DNA from: Desulfuromonadales bacterium
GTDB lineage: Bacteria; Desulfobacterota; Desulfuromonadia; Desulfuromonadales; JAHYIW01
Length of the DNA stretch: 64,000 bases
Assembly: GCA_029210745.1 (NCBI GenBank)
Contig: JARGFI010000007.1
Location: 1,623 to 65,622 of the forward strand
Direction of reading: 5' to 3'
This document shows, piece after piece, positions 48,877-58,775 of the stretch. Each line of letters opens with the position of its first letter. Position 1 is the stretch's first letter. A program made the position numbers and the translations under genes. Under the pieces are notes generated by a model that saw nothing but the letters and a program-made list of their open reading frames with translations, ran no database searches and was not told the origin of the DNA.

Positions 48877-49584
48877 CTATCCCATATCCATCCCTGCCGC
48901 CTTGCCGATCCAGCCGAACATTTTCAGATGCCGATAGAGGTTGTAGCACCCCATCAATGCCACCATTGCCCCCGCAGCACGAATCATCCAGCGACGTGAT
49001 GCCGTGCCGAGACGTTGCGCGGCGGTGCCGAACAGCAACAGTGCCGGGGCGGTACCGAGGCCGAAAAAGAACATGGTCAGTGCGCCTTTGACTGGTGAGG
49101 CACTTTGTGCGGCGGTGATAAACATGGCGTAAAGAAAACCGCACGGTAAAAAACCGAAAAGCATGCCCAGCGGGAGCGCGGCAAGGGCGGGGGGCAAGTG
49201 GTTGCGCAACGAACCGACCGCTTGACTCATCGCTTGCAGTGGGCCGGGGAATTCCAGTTTCATCACATTCAGCCAGGTCAGCAGTCCGGCGGTGCCGATG
49301 CCGATGAGAATGACAAAAAGATCGGAGCCAAGGAGCAAGTAGCGGGTGATCTGCCTGAAATGGTCGGTGTAGGCCATGGCCGAGCCAACCCAGCCGACCG
49401 CCAAACCGATAACCGTGTAGGTCATTGTGCGCCCCAGGTTGTAGAGGAGGTGGAATGTTATCCCCCCGGCGCGACCGTCGTGGGACAAGGACAGCGCCCC
49501 CACCAGCCCGCCGCACATGCCAATACAGTGGCCAAAGCCAAGCAGTCCGGTCATGAATGCCATCGTGTATAAAGGGTCAATCAT
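48877..49584 (-). CDS. DsbD_2/TauE-like membrane protein of the cco operon
   Basis: HCIGMCGG, YNLGR..TY, GFLPCG..Y, FGLGT.P. Confidence 0.88.
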   Translation of the reverse strand: MIDPLYTMAFMTGLLGFGHCIGMCGGLVGALSLSHDGRAGGITFHLLYNLGRTMTYTVIGLAVGWVGSAMAYTDHFRQITRYLLLGSDLFVILIGIGTAGLLTWLNVMKLEFPGPLQAMSQAVGSLRNHLPPALAALPLGMLFGFLPCGFLYAMFITAAQSASPVKGALTMFFFGLGTAPALLLFGTAAQRLGTASRRWMIRAAGAMVALMGCYNLYRHLKMFGWIGKAAGMDMG

Positions 49585-49647
49585 CGTTGCCTCCCTGAAT
49601 CGGTTTTGTTATCGCTGGGGTATGCGTGACATTGGTGGCCCGCTGTT

Positions 49648-49794
49648 TTATTCATCGTCATCATCCAGCATCCGATGCTTCGGCCCTTCAATATCGTCAA
49701 AATCACCCCGTTTGACGGTGTGCATGAAGAACAGCCAGGCACCGAGCCCGATGCAGAACGACAGAATAATTAAAATCACGATCGATTTAAACAT
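49648..49794 (-). CDS. ccoS: cbb3 oxidase maturation protein
   Basis: 48 aa, one TM, G.FDD.EGP..RML.DD. Confidence 0.88.
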   Translation of the reverse strand: MFKSIVILIILSFCIGLGAWLFFMHTVKRGDFDDIEGPKHRMLDDDDE

Positions 49795-49796
49795 CG

Positions 49797-52193
49797 TCAG
49801 TCCTTTCTGAGCCGTTTGAGTCGCAACGAATTGGCCACGACGCAAACGGAACTGAGCGCCATGGCTGCTGCACCGTAGACCGGGGCGAGTTTGCCGCTGG
49901 CGGCGAGGGGGATGGCCACCAGGTTGTAGCTGAAGGCCCAGAGCAGATTTTGGCGAATAATGCGCACTGTCTGCCGGGCCAGACGCAAGGCGAAAGGGAT
50001 GTTCGTCAGGTCGGCACGGGCCAGAACCAGATCAGCGCTTTCAATGGCGATATCGGTTCCTCCGCTGATGGCACAACCGACGTGGGCGCTGACAAGGGCC
50101 GGTGCGTCGTTGATGCCGTCGCCAACCATCAGCGTATGTTGCCCGCTACGTTCCGCATCTTTAATCAGCGCCGCTTTGTCCGCCGGGGTCAGTTCAGCGT
50201 GATACTTGTCCAGCCGGAGGATGGTGGCGATGTACGCGGCAACACCAGTTTGATCGCCGGTCAGCAGCAGCGTCCCCATGCCCATTCTTTTCAGGGCCGC
50301 GACGGCGGTTGCAGCTTCGTCGCGGAGTTGATCGGCAAGACTGATGCAACCAATATATTTCCCGTGCAGAGCAACGTGGACTTCGCTGCGCTCGTGTTCA
50401 GTCCGCGCGGCGGTGACTCCCTGTTCATGAAGATAGCGCCAGCTCCCGGTGAGCAGCAGTCCTGCATCGGTATGCAGCGCAGTCCCGCGTCCCGGAATCG
50501 TTTGGACATGCGCTGCGGGAAGGGTGCTGACGCCGCGTTCCACAGCCGCTTGAGTAATGCCGCGCGCCAGCGGATGGGAACTTCCGGCTGCGGCGCGGGC
50601 GGCAAGTTCGAGTAAACGTTCTGCGCTGCATTCATGGGGGGAAAGGTGTGTCACCAGCGGGCGACCGTCGGTAAGCGTGCCGGTTTTGTCAAAGGCGACC
50701 AGATCGACCTGGGCGCAACCTTCAAGGATATCGCCGCCGCGAAAAAGGATGCCGTGTTCGGCGGCATTCCCGGTTGCAACCATCACCGCCATCGGCGTTG
50801 CCAGGCCCAGTGCGCAGGGGCAGGCGACGACCAGAACGGTCATCGCATGGAGCCACCCGCCGGGCTGGTCAAACCAGTAGAGCCAGGTCCCGACTGCGAC
50901 AAGCAGGACCAGCGGGATGAAGATCATGGCGACACGATCTGCCAGACGTTGCAGCGGCGCTTTGCACGCCTGAGCCTGTTCGACCAGTCGGGCGACGCGG
51001 GCAATAAACGATTCATTGGCGACCGCGGTGACCAGGATTTCGACATTCCCGCTCAAATTCAGTGTTCCGGCAACAATTTTCATGCCTGGTTCACGCACCA
51101 CCGGCAGCGGTTCGCCATTGACCGCCGCCTCGTCCACTTCGGTACATCCGCTGAGAATCTGGCCATCGACGGGGAAACGTTCCCCGGCGCCGACCAGAAT
51201 ATGGTCAGCAACCAGCAACTGATGGCTGTCGATCTCAACAACGCCCTCGCCCGTTATCCGCCGGGCACGGGAGGGTGCGAGTTGTAATAGGCGATCAATC
51301 CCCGATGAGGCCTGGCGGCGTGCCCCGCTTTCGTAAAGACGTCCGGCAAGAATCAAGGTGACAATCATCGCGGCGGTGTCAAAATAGACTTCACCCCCCC
51401 GGCTCAGGGCATACAGACTGTAACTGTAAGCGGAAACGGTGCCGAGGGTAATCAGCAGGTCCATATTCGCACTGCGGTTGCGCAGACTGAACCAGGCCCC
51501 ACGCAGAAAAGGAAATCCGCCATAGAAGACGACCGGGGTCGCGACCAGCGCCGCAAGGATTTGCAGTAACTGGCGCGTGTCGGGGTCGATGCCGCGCAGA
51601 TAGCCGCCGTAAAGGGCAATAGAAAACCCCATCAGTTGCATGGAGAGGAATGCCGCAGTGCCGAAACGCAAGAGCAGGGAACGGCGCTCGCGTTCAACCG
51701 CGCGTTGCAGCTCATCGGGGGTGTAGGGGCGAGGCAGGTAACCGATTTCGGCGAGGCGGGTGCAGATCGCAGACGGGGTCGTTCGGGTCGGGTCAAAACC
51801 GACCAGGAGCCGATGCGTCGCGAAATTAACCCGCGCGGTGATGATACCGGGATGCTCGTCGAGCAGTCGTTCAATCAGCCAGACACAGGCGGCACAATGA
51901 ATCCCTTCGATAATCAGACTGATTTCGCTCTTGTCACCAGCGTGGGTGACATATCGTTGCAGATACTCGGCATCAAATTGCCGGGTAAAAGCTTCCCGGA
52001 TAATCCCTGCCTTACGCTTACGGCGACGGTAAAATGACTCCAGCCCCGCTCCGCGGATAATCAGATAGGCCCCGCGACAGCCGTGACAACAGAAATTCAG
52101 CACGTCATCATCCACCGTTTCCGTTACCCGCTCAGCGGGGGAAAAGGGGAGATCGCAGTGGATACAGCGCAGTTGAGGGTTTTCGGCCATCAT
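49797..52193 (-). CDS. ccoI: Cu-translocating P1B ATPase
   Basis: CIHC..FCCHGC, HCAAC metal-binding domain, CPC, DKTGT, GDGINDAP. Confidence 0.93.
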   Translation of the reverse strand: MMAENPQLRCIHCDLPFSPAERVTETVDDDVLNFCCHGCRGAYLIIRGAGLESFYRRRKRKAGIIREAFTRQFDAEYLQRYVTHAGDKSEISLIIEGIHCAACVWLIERLLDEHPGIITARVNFATHRLLVGFDPTRTTPSAICTRLAEIGYLPRPYTPDELQRAVERERRSLLLRFGTAAFLSMQLMGFSIALYGGYLRGIDPDTRQLLQILAALVATPVVFYGGFPFLRGAWFSLRNRSANMDLLITLGTVSAYSYSLYALSRGGEVYFDTAAMIVTLILAGRLYESGARRQASSGIDRLLQLAPSRARRITGEGVVEIDSHQLLVADHILVGAGERFPVDGQILSGCTEVDEAAVNGEPLPVVREPGMKIVAGTLNLSGNVEILVTAVANESFIARVARLVEQAQACKAPLQRLADRVAMIFIPLVLLVAVGTWLYWFDQPGGWLHAMTVLVVACPCALGLATPMAVMVATGNAAEHGILFRGGDILEGCAQVDLVAFDKTGTLTDGRPLVTHLSPHECSAERLLELAARAAAGSSHPLARGITQAAVERGVSTLPAAHVQTIPGRGTALHTDAGLLLTGSWRYLHEQGVTAARTEHERSEVHVALHGKYIGCISLADQLRDEAATAVAALKRMGMGTLLLTGDQTGVAAYIATILRLDKYHAELTPADKAALIKDAERSGQHTLMVGDGINDAPALVSAHVGCAISGGTDIAIESADLVLARADLTNIPFALRLARQTVRIIRQNLLWAFSYNLVAIPLAASGKLAPVYGAAAMALSSVCVVANSLRLKRLRKD

Positions 52194-52639
52194 CACGCTT
52201 CCGGGAGATTAAGGAGCAATTGTCGTTCGAGGCGCGCGCCCTGATGTTCAAATTCAATCAAAACCCTGCATTCGCCATGCAGCGTAGCGGGGAGTTGCAG
52301 GATATAGCGACCGCTACGCTCCTCGGCAAGTCGATACTGCTGCACCGCCGAACCATCGTTCGGGAAGATGAGGAGCACCCCGTCAGCGGCACTGACCGGT
52401 TTCCTGCCGCTATCGAGGGCTATGGTGAGTTGTCGCCCGGTGAGGGTCGATGTGACCTGCCAGCCTAGGGTTCTTGCGGCATTTTTTTCAAGCCGGGTCT
52501 GGTTGTAACGCAACCCCTTGCTGTAATAATCAGCGTCGGTGACGCGACTCCCTTTCGTGCTCGCCTGCCAGGTGGCCCAGACGGAGAAAGCGAGGAAACA
52601 ACCGATAAGGAGCAGAATCAACTGTTGATAACGGTTCAT
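52193..52639 (-). CDS. ccoH: FixH/CcoH family protein
   Basis: TM then VTDADYYSKGLRYN; position between ccoG and ccoI. Confidence 0.75.
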   Translation of the reverse strand: MNRYQQLILLLIGCFLAFSVWATWQASTKGSRVTDADYYSKGLRYNQTRLEKNAARTLGWQVTSTLTGRQLTIALDSGRKPVSAADGVLLIFPNDGSAVQQYRLAEERSGRYILQLPATLHGECRVLIEFEHQGARLERQLLLNLPEA

Positions 52640-52691
52640 GATCTGATGTGGGTCCCCTTGAGTTGGTCGTTTCAGTACGATTGATGCGGTA

Positions 52692-53945
52692 TTACTCAGC
52701 AGGCGGCGGCAATGCAGGTAATTGCGCTGCCGCGCTGGCGACGATGGTTTCTTTGTCAACCAGGATAAATTCGATGTCTCGTCCTTGCGGAAGGGGAGAA
52801 CCGACAACGACCACATCCAGGCGCCGATTTTCTCCCGGCTTGAGAAGGATTTGCGCGACCGGCCCCTTGACGCTCAGCGGCGACGGGTCTGGGCTGCGCA
52901 CCTGCACGCGGTACATTGTGGTGAGTTTAGCGCGATTATTAACCCAGAGGTTGAAAAAAGTGGCCTGTTGACCGTCCGTGAGCAAACGACTGGCAACGGT
53001 GTGGGAGTGCGCCACTTTCAAAGTTGCGGAAGAACGATTGCCAACGGCAAACAGGAGCATGATCGTCAGGGCGAGCGTCGCGCCGGTCAGCAGCAGGCGG
53101 CGCGGGGTGATTAAAGCGCCAGCGCCTGTCGCGTGACGACCGAAACTGTAGCGGATCAAACCCGGTTCGTTGCGTCGGGCCATAACCTGGCGACAGGCAT
53201 CCAGACAGCGGCCGCAGTTGATACAGGCGATCTGCTCACCGTCGCGAATATCGATCCCCATTGGACAGGCCCGCGCACAGGCACCGCAATCGATGCAGCG
53301 CGCAATCTCAACATCGGGGCGAAGAAGAGTCAACGTAGACTGATCGGCAAGTGCGCTTTGAAATCGCCCGTAAGGGCAGAAATCACGGCACATCAAGCGG
53401 CGCAGAAATGCAAGGTCCAGGTAGACCGTCGCGGCGACGACAAGCAGCGTTCCGCTGGCAATCATATCCAGCTTGCCGTGCAGCAGCTCGCTGAAAAAGC
53501 GCGGCGGCTCGATAAAATACCAGAGAAGATTGGCCGCGACCAGCAACGACAAGGTCAGATAGATGCCGTGTAGAAGGACCTGGTGAGAAGGTGACCCGGT
53601 CAGCGAGTTCCCGTTGACTTTGAGGTGCAGACGCCGTATCAGCCATTCGGTCATATCGTTGAGGGTGGTTTGCGGACACCCCCAGCCGCACCAGACCCTG
53701 CCAAAGGTCAACGTCATCAGCAGGAAACCGAGAGTGAGCGTCAGGGTGAAGAAGAGGAACAGATAGAGTTCCTCGATTCGCAAGATTTGCCCAAACAGGT
53801 GGAGGCTGAGGGTGGGCAGATCGACCCGCACCAGACTGACTCCGTCGGGACGCACCCACGGCAGCAGCAGGATGAACAGGGTGGTTGCCCACTGCAAGGC
53901 GCGGCGGCGTGGCCCGATAAACGTCGTGAGGGGACGGTCAGTCAT
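52692..53945 (-). CDS. ccoG: cbb3 accessory 4Fe-4S protein
   Basis: GRVWCGWGCPQT, CPYGRFQ, CIDCGACARACP, CINCGRCLDAC. Confidence 0.92.
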   Translation of the reverse strand: MTDRPLTTFIGPRRRALQWATTLFILLLPWVRPDGVSLVRVDLPTLSLHLFGQILRIEELYLFLFFTLTLTLGFLLMTLTFGRVWCGWGCPQTTLNDMTEWLIRRLHLKVNGNSLTGSPSHQVLLHGIYLTLSLLVAANLLWYFIEPPRFFSELLHGKLDMIASGTLLVVAATVYLDLAFLRRLMCRDFCPYGRFQSALADQSTLTLLRPDVEIARCIDCGACARACPMGIDIRDGEQIACINCGRCLDACRQVMARRNEPGLIRYSFGRHATGAGALITPRRLLLTGATLALTIMLLFAVGNRSSATLKVAHSHTVASRLLTDGQQATFFNLWVNNRAKLTTMYRVQVRSPDPSPLSVKGPVAQILLKPGENRRLDVVVVGSPLPQGRDIEFILVDKETIVASAAAQLPALPPPAE

Positions 53946-54010
53946 GATAAGGGGTGATTGTTTCTGCGGAAACGTCGTAGGGGAGAGGCCGCCCTCTCCC
54001 CCATAGCGTA

Positions 54011-54487
54011 TCAAAGTTTGAGTAGATACTCTGCCAGGGCGGCAGCTTCTGCGGCACTGAGCTGATTGCCGAAGTTGGGCATGCCGTTCGGACGACCGGC
54101 CGTAATGCTTGCTTTAATCGCGGCGACATCTTTACCGTAAATGTAGTCGGCGCCGTTGAGGGCAGGACCGATCCCCCCCTCGCCGTGACTGCCGTGGCAC
54201 ACTGCACAGTTGTCGGCGAATAGCGTGGCCGCATCGATTGAGACGGGAGCTGTCGTGGTTGCAGCCGCTGCCGGGGCTGTCGGCTCGACTTGCGTCTTGT
54301 GCTCGGTCATTTTCTGTTGAAATTCAGCGTCGGACGACCACCCCGAAAAGAGATAATAGGCCATGAAGATGACCGCCCAGATAATCAGTCCGAAAAAGAG
54401 GATATAGAAATAGACTGGCGGACGTTGTTCGCGGTCCTCAATGATACCGTCTGCGTGCTCGTCGTGGTGCGGATCGTTGCTGCTCAT
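54011..54487 (-). CDS. ccoP: cbb3 oxidase subunit III, monoheme
   Basis: H..DGI.E...PP N-terminal motif, TM, single CAVCH and MP. Confidence 0.85.
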   Translation of the reverse strand: MSSNDPHHDEHADGIIEDREQRPPVYFYILFFGLIIWAVIFMAYYLFSGWSSDAEFQQKMTEHKTQVEPTAPAAAATTTAPVSIDAATLFADNCAVCHGSHGEGGIGPALNGADYIYGKDVAAIKASITAGRPNGMPNFGNQLSAAEAAALAEYLLKL

Positions 54488-54505
54488 AGTTTATCCTTTG
54501 GTAAA

Positions 54506-54646
54506 TTAGTCGTCTTCAAGCATGGTGTACTTGGGGGCCTCACCCGTCTCTTTATGCTTGTCGCGACAGGTGTGGATGACGATAGCGACAAAGATTGCAA
54601 AGAGACCGAAGGTCACACCAAGGTAGAGGATCGCGGCCCAATCCAT
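54506..54646 (-). CDS. ccoQ: cbb3 oxidase small subunit (not in ORF track)
   Basis: Manual translation MDWAAILYLGVTFGLFAIFVAIVIHTCRDKHKETGEAPKYTMLEDD; ATG overlaps ccoO stop (TAATG). Confidence 0.8.
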   Translation of the reverse strand: MDWAAILYLGVTFGLFAIFVAIVIHTCRDKHKETGEAPKYTMLEDD

Positions 54647-55524
54647 TACGGATGATCCTCCCCCTGAACGTAGTATTTGACGAAATTGGTGATTTTCCAG
54701 ACCTTGTTGGTTCCCAGGCTGGAAAAGGCCGGCATACCGCCATCCGGGATGCCGTTGAAGATCAGGCTGAACAACTCCTCATCGGTATAGTTTGCGCCGT
54801 CCAGATGCGGCCCGATTTCTCCCTCCAGGTGCCCCCCGTGACAAGCCGCGCAATGTTCGCTGTAAATAACTTCCCATTCCTCCATCGATCGATGCGCGGT
54901 GTCCGGGTAGGGATTTTTCAACTCACCGACAATAGTGACTTCAGCCGCTTTGCGCCACGCAATATCGCTGCCAAGTTTTTGCAGGTAGGCGACAACGGCG
55001 TCCAGCTCATTCTTGCCCTTCAGCTGGGCAAGTTGCTCCTGGGTATAGGGAAAGCCGAGAACCTTCATTTTACGTTCGCTCATGACCGGATCGAGGGTGC
55101 TTTTGCGCAGCCAGGCATAGTCGTACATGTTCGATTTCGGTACCATTGAACGGGGGGAATCCATGTGCTTGTAATGCCAGGCGTCGGGATATTTCCCGCC
55201 GATGCGGGCCAGATCGGGACCGGTGCGTTTGGACCCCCAGAGGAACGGCCGGTCGTAAACGAACTCTCCCGATTTGCTGTAATCCCCGTAACGCAATACT
55301 TCGGTGACCAGCGGACGGATCGTCTGGGTATGGCAATTGTTGCACCCTTCGCGAATGTAGATGTCGCGCCCTTCCTGTTGCAGGGGGGTATAGGGAGTCA
55401 CACTTGCAATCCGGTCCGTTTCGGTATTGACCCAGGCGAAAGGCAGAACCATGGTAATCGTTGTCCCGACCAGGATCGCGGCGGTGGCGAGAGCGATCAA
55501 CAGCAACGGTTTCTTTTCCCACAT
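54646..55524 (-). CDS. ccoO: cbb3 oxidase subunit II with extra C-terminal cytochrome c domain
   Basis: GRDIYIREGCNNCHTQ, WGSKRTGPDLAR; second CAACH...GMP domain. Confidence 0.93.
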   Translation of the reverse strand: MWEKKPLLLIALATAAILVGTTITMVLPFAWVNTETDRIASVTPYTPLQQEGRDIYIREGCNNCHTQTIRPLVTEVLRYGDYSKSGEFVYDRPFLWGSKRTGPDLARIGGKYPDAWHYKHMDSPRSMVPKSNMYDYAWLRKSTLDPVMSERKMKVLGFPYTQEQLAQLKGKNELDAVVAYLQKLGSDIAWRKAAEVTIVGELKNPYPDTAHRSMEEWEVIYSEHCAACHGGHLEGEIGPHLDGANYTDEELFSLIFNGIPDGGMPAFSSLGTNKVWKITNFVKYYVQGEDHP

Positions 55525-55526
55525 GA

Positions 55527-56942
55527 TCAGTTCCTCCCCGCAGCAGTTACGATCGGAGCAACGACATCTTTCCCTTTACGAACTGTCATGAACAGATTGT
55601 AGATGAAAATGATGATTCCGAGAAAGAAAATGAAACCGCCGGCAGCGCGCGCCCACCAGTAGGGGTACATTTCGACCATCGTTTCCATAAAGGTATAGGT
55701 CAGGCTGCCGTCGCTGTTGGTTGCATTCCACATCCCCGCCTGGAGGACACCGGCAACCCATAACGAAATGGACCAGACGAGTTGGCCGACCAGTGTCAAC
55801 CAGAAATGCATGTTGGCAAGAGGAACGCTGTACAATTCGCGGCCATAAATACGCGGGACCAGATAATAGATGGAGGCGTAACTGATCATCGAGACCCAGC
55901 CCATCGTCCCCATGTGGATGTGCGCGGGAACCCAGTCGGTGTAATGGATAAATGCTGAAAAAGAGCGAATCGCCTGCATCGGGCCTTGCAGCGTTTGCAG
56001 ACCGTAGAAAGTCAGACCGATGATCAGGAATTTGACCAGATAATTTTCTTTCATTTGATGCCACTGACCGTTCATCGACAGGTAGCCGTTAAAAACGCTC
56101 CCCCAACTGGGGGCAATCAGCATCACCGAAAAGGCCATCGCCAGCGTCTGCACCCAGTCCGGCACCGGCGTCCAGAGCAAGTGGTGGGCGCCGGTCCAGA
56201 GGTACATAAAAATCAGTGACCAGAAAGCGATGATCGACAGGCGGTGACTGTAAATCGGCACGCCGGTGGTCTTTGGCAAAAAATAGTAGAACATCGCCAG
56301 TGGCGGGGCGGTCAAGGCCATGGCGACAGCATTATGGCCGAACCACCAGTGAACATTGGCGTCGTTGGTGCCGGCGTAGGCGGAGTAAGATTTGAAGAGG
56401 GACACCGGGAGCGCCGCCGCGTTGACCAGATAGAGGATCGCCACCCCGACCAATGCCGCCATCATATACCAGAGCGAGATGTACATCTGCTCCTCTTGGC
56501 GTTTAAGAATGGTCATGAGGATGTTCACCGCGAAAACCACCCAGAGGATGACGACCATCACGTCAATCGGCCACTCCATCTCATGATATTCTTTCGAGGT
56601 GGTATAGCCGAGTAACAGGGTGATGGCTGAAGCGATAATCGTTGCGTTAAAGAACCAGAGCTGAAACTTTGCCAGTTTATTACTCCACAGCGGGGTTTTA
56701 CAGAGGCGCTGCACCATATAAATGAAGGTGGCGAAGATGACCCCGACCCCCCAGCCGTAAATACCGGCGTTGGTGTGAATCGGACGCAGCCGCCCGAAGG
56801 TCAGATAGGGGGGGAAATTCAAGTCAGGTTCGACCATTTGCAGGGAGACGATCACTCCGACCAAAATGGCAACCAGCCCCCACAGGAGACTCCAGTGGAC
56901 AAAACTTCTGACAATGTCTGTATTGTAAACAGGCTTTTCCAT
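55527..56942 (-). CDS. ccoN: cbb3 oxidase subunit I (C-family heme-copper oxidase)
   Basis: FGRLRPIHTN, WWFGHNAVA, YLWTGAHHL, H.H.G.MGW. Confidence 0.96.
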   Translation of the reverse strand: MEKPVYNTDIVRSFVHWSLLWGLVAILVGVIVSLQMVEPDLNFPPYLTFGRLRPIHTNAGIYGWGVGVIFATFIYMVQRLCKTPLWSNKLAKFQLWFFNATIIASAITLLLGYTTSKEYHEMEWPIDVMVVILWVVFAVNILMTILKRQEEQMYISLWYMMAALVGVAILYLVNAAALPVSLFKSYSAYAGTNDANVHWWFGHNAVAMALTAPPLAMFYYFLPKTTGVPIYSHRLSIIAFWSLIFMYLWTGAHHLLWTPVPDWVQTLAMAFSVMLIAPSWGSVFNGYLSMNGQWHQMKENYLVKFLIIGLTFYGLQTLQGPMQAIRSFSAFIHYTDWVPAHIHMGTMGWVSMISYASIYYLVPRIYGRELYSVPLANMHFWLTLVGQLVWSISLWVAGVLQAGMWNATNSDGSLTYTFMETMVEMYPYWWARAAGGFIFFLGIIIFIYNLFMTVRKGKDVVAPIVTAAGRN

Positions 56943-56970
56943 GGAACCTCCAGGATAAAAAATTTATTGA

Positions 56971-56998
56971 ATGATAGCCAACCTCACCTGAAAGTCAA
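56971..56998 (-). promoter_or_regulatory. Putative sigma70 promoter of the cco operon
   Basis: Minus strand TTGACT-16nt-TATCAT. Confidence 0.5.
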
Positions 56999-57215
56999 GC
57001 ATCTGGAACAACACATTTTTTAAATCCTGATTGAGAGGTGAAACGGTCAGACAGAATGGGCCGTTGAAAAATATTCGGGTGTTTGATGGCAGGATAAAAA
57101 GTGGCCAGAGGGGGTCGCAGACAAAAATGGTTGGATATTCAGAATATTCAGAAGCACCTTGCTCCGTTTAAAAAAATGTGTTTTTATCGGCTTTCAATGG
57201 TGTGACAGGATGCGC

Positions 57216-58742
57216 ATGACCCTCGGTAAAAAACTCTATCTCTATACCAGTGCGGTGCTGGTTTTGTCGTTGTTGCTGGTGCTGCTGGTGCTGGAACGAC
57301 AGCAGGCGCACATCTGGAATGACTATCTGCTGACGCGCAATGTTTCCTTTGCACGCTTTGCGACGCCAGAGCTCCTGAAAATTTTTCGCGGAAATTTTTT
57401 CCGTGACCACGAGATGACAGCGGTTTACGATTTTCTCGGCTATAATCGTGAACTCATACAATTCTCGATCATCACCTCCAGGGGGGGGCATGATTTTCTT
57501 TCCTTCCGCTTCCCTGATTTTATCGATTCTTCCTTTGATCCGCGCAGCGCGGTGAGTGTCGGGAAAGAATTTGAAACCCATGGGGTGGTGGGACGAACGT
57601 TGCGGTCGGTTGATGGAGGGCAGGTGCTGGAACTGACGGTACCGGCGTTCGGTCCGACCGGGGAACAGTTGTTGTCGGTTCGTTACTGGATTGCTTACGA
57701 CAGTGTCGATGCTCGTCTGGCTGAACTGCGACGGCAATTTTTAGCCATCGCTCTGGTGGCCGTGATCGGTGTATTAATCGTTGCTGCCGGCGTTGCACGG
57801 CGGGTAACGCGACCGCTGAAGCAGTTGACCGATGGCGTGCGGGCAGTGGGGCGGGATGAGCTGATGACCCGGATTGCGGTTGGCAGCCGTGATGAAATCG
57901 GTGCCTTGGCCACAGCTTTTAATGACATGGCTGCCAGTCTGGCGCGGAGTCGTGCTGAATTAACGACTAAAAACGAGGAGCTGTCGCGCGGCAATCAAGA
58001 GTTGCGCGGGTTACAGGAACAGCTGGTTCGCTCCACGCGACTGGCGGTTATCGGCCAACTGGCGGCGGGGGTGTCGCACGAAATTGACAACCCGGTCGGG
58101 ATCATCCTTGGCCACGCTGAGTTACTTCTTGAAGAGTTGCCGCAGGGTGATCCGCAGGCCAACGATTTACGGGCAATTATCGACGAATGCAAACGTTGCA
58201 AGCGGATCACCGGCGGATTGCTCAGTTTTGCACGCAGCGGTTCGGTGCGGCATGAAGTGGTCTACTTTGACCAGTTGGTTCGGGAAACGGTTGCGTCCTT
58301 GCAACCGCAGAAAATTTTCAAGCGCATTGCCTTCAGTTTTAAGATCGACGAAGACCTCCCGCCGATTTGGGGGGATGCCGACCAGTTGCGTCAAGTGCTG
58401 GTTAACCTGTTGCTCAACGCTGCTCAGGCCATGGACGGTGAAGGGCGGATTGATTTCACTGTGTGTACCGCCGGCGAGTCATTACTGATCGATATCGACG
58501 ACACTGGCCCGGGGATTTCCCCCGCTGAACGGGAACGTATTTTTGAGCCGTTTGTCTCAACCAAACCGCCCGGTGCCGGAACCGGGCTCGGTTTGTCAAT
58601 CTGCCGCCGTTTGATCGATGATCACGATGGACACATCCAGGTGCTGTCGGCGCCGACTGGTGGCGCACGGTTTCAGCTGATTTTTCCGTTGGTTGTCGCT
58701 GAAAAAAACTTTGACAATGGATCACCTGATTCATTAGGATAG
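57216..58742 (+). CDS. Membrane HAMP histidine kinase
   Basis: Two TMs, HAMP (DEIGALATAFN), H-box SHEIDNP, NLLLNA, DTGPG, GTGLGL. Confidence 0.92.
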   Translation: MTLGKKLYLYTSAVLVLSLLLVLLVLERQQAHIWNDYLLTRNVSFARFATPELLKIFRGNFFRDHEMTAVYDFLGYNRELIQFSIITSRGGHDFLSFRFPDFIDSSFDPRSAVSVGKEFETHGVVGRTLRSVDGGQVLELTVPAFGPTGEQLLSVRYWIAYDSVDARLAELRRQFLAIALVAVIGVLIVAAGVARRVTRPLKQLTDGVRAVGRDELMTRIAVGSRDEIGALATAFNDMAASLARSRAELTTKNEELSRGNQELRGLQEQLVRSTRLAVIGQLAAGVSHEIDNPVGIILGHAELLLEELPQGDPQANDLRAIIDECKRCKRITGGLLSFARSGSVRHEVVYFDQLVRETVASLQPQKIFKRIAFSFKIDEDLPPIWGDADQLRQVLVNLLLNAAQAMDGEGRIDFTVCTAGESLLIDIDDTGPGISPAERERIFEPFVSTKPPGAGTGLGLSICRRLIDDHDGHIQVLSAPTGGARFQLIFPLVVAEKNFDNGSPDSLG

Positions 58743-58775
58743 ACCGAATTTTCTTCCTGCGAGGCCAACTACCCG

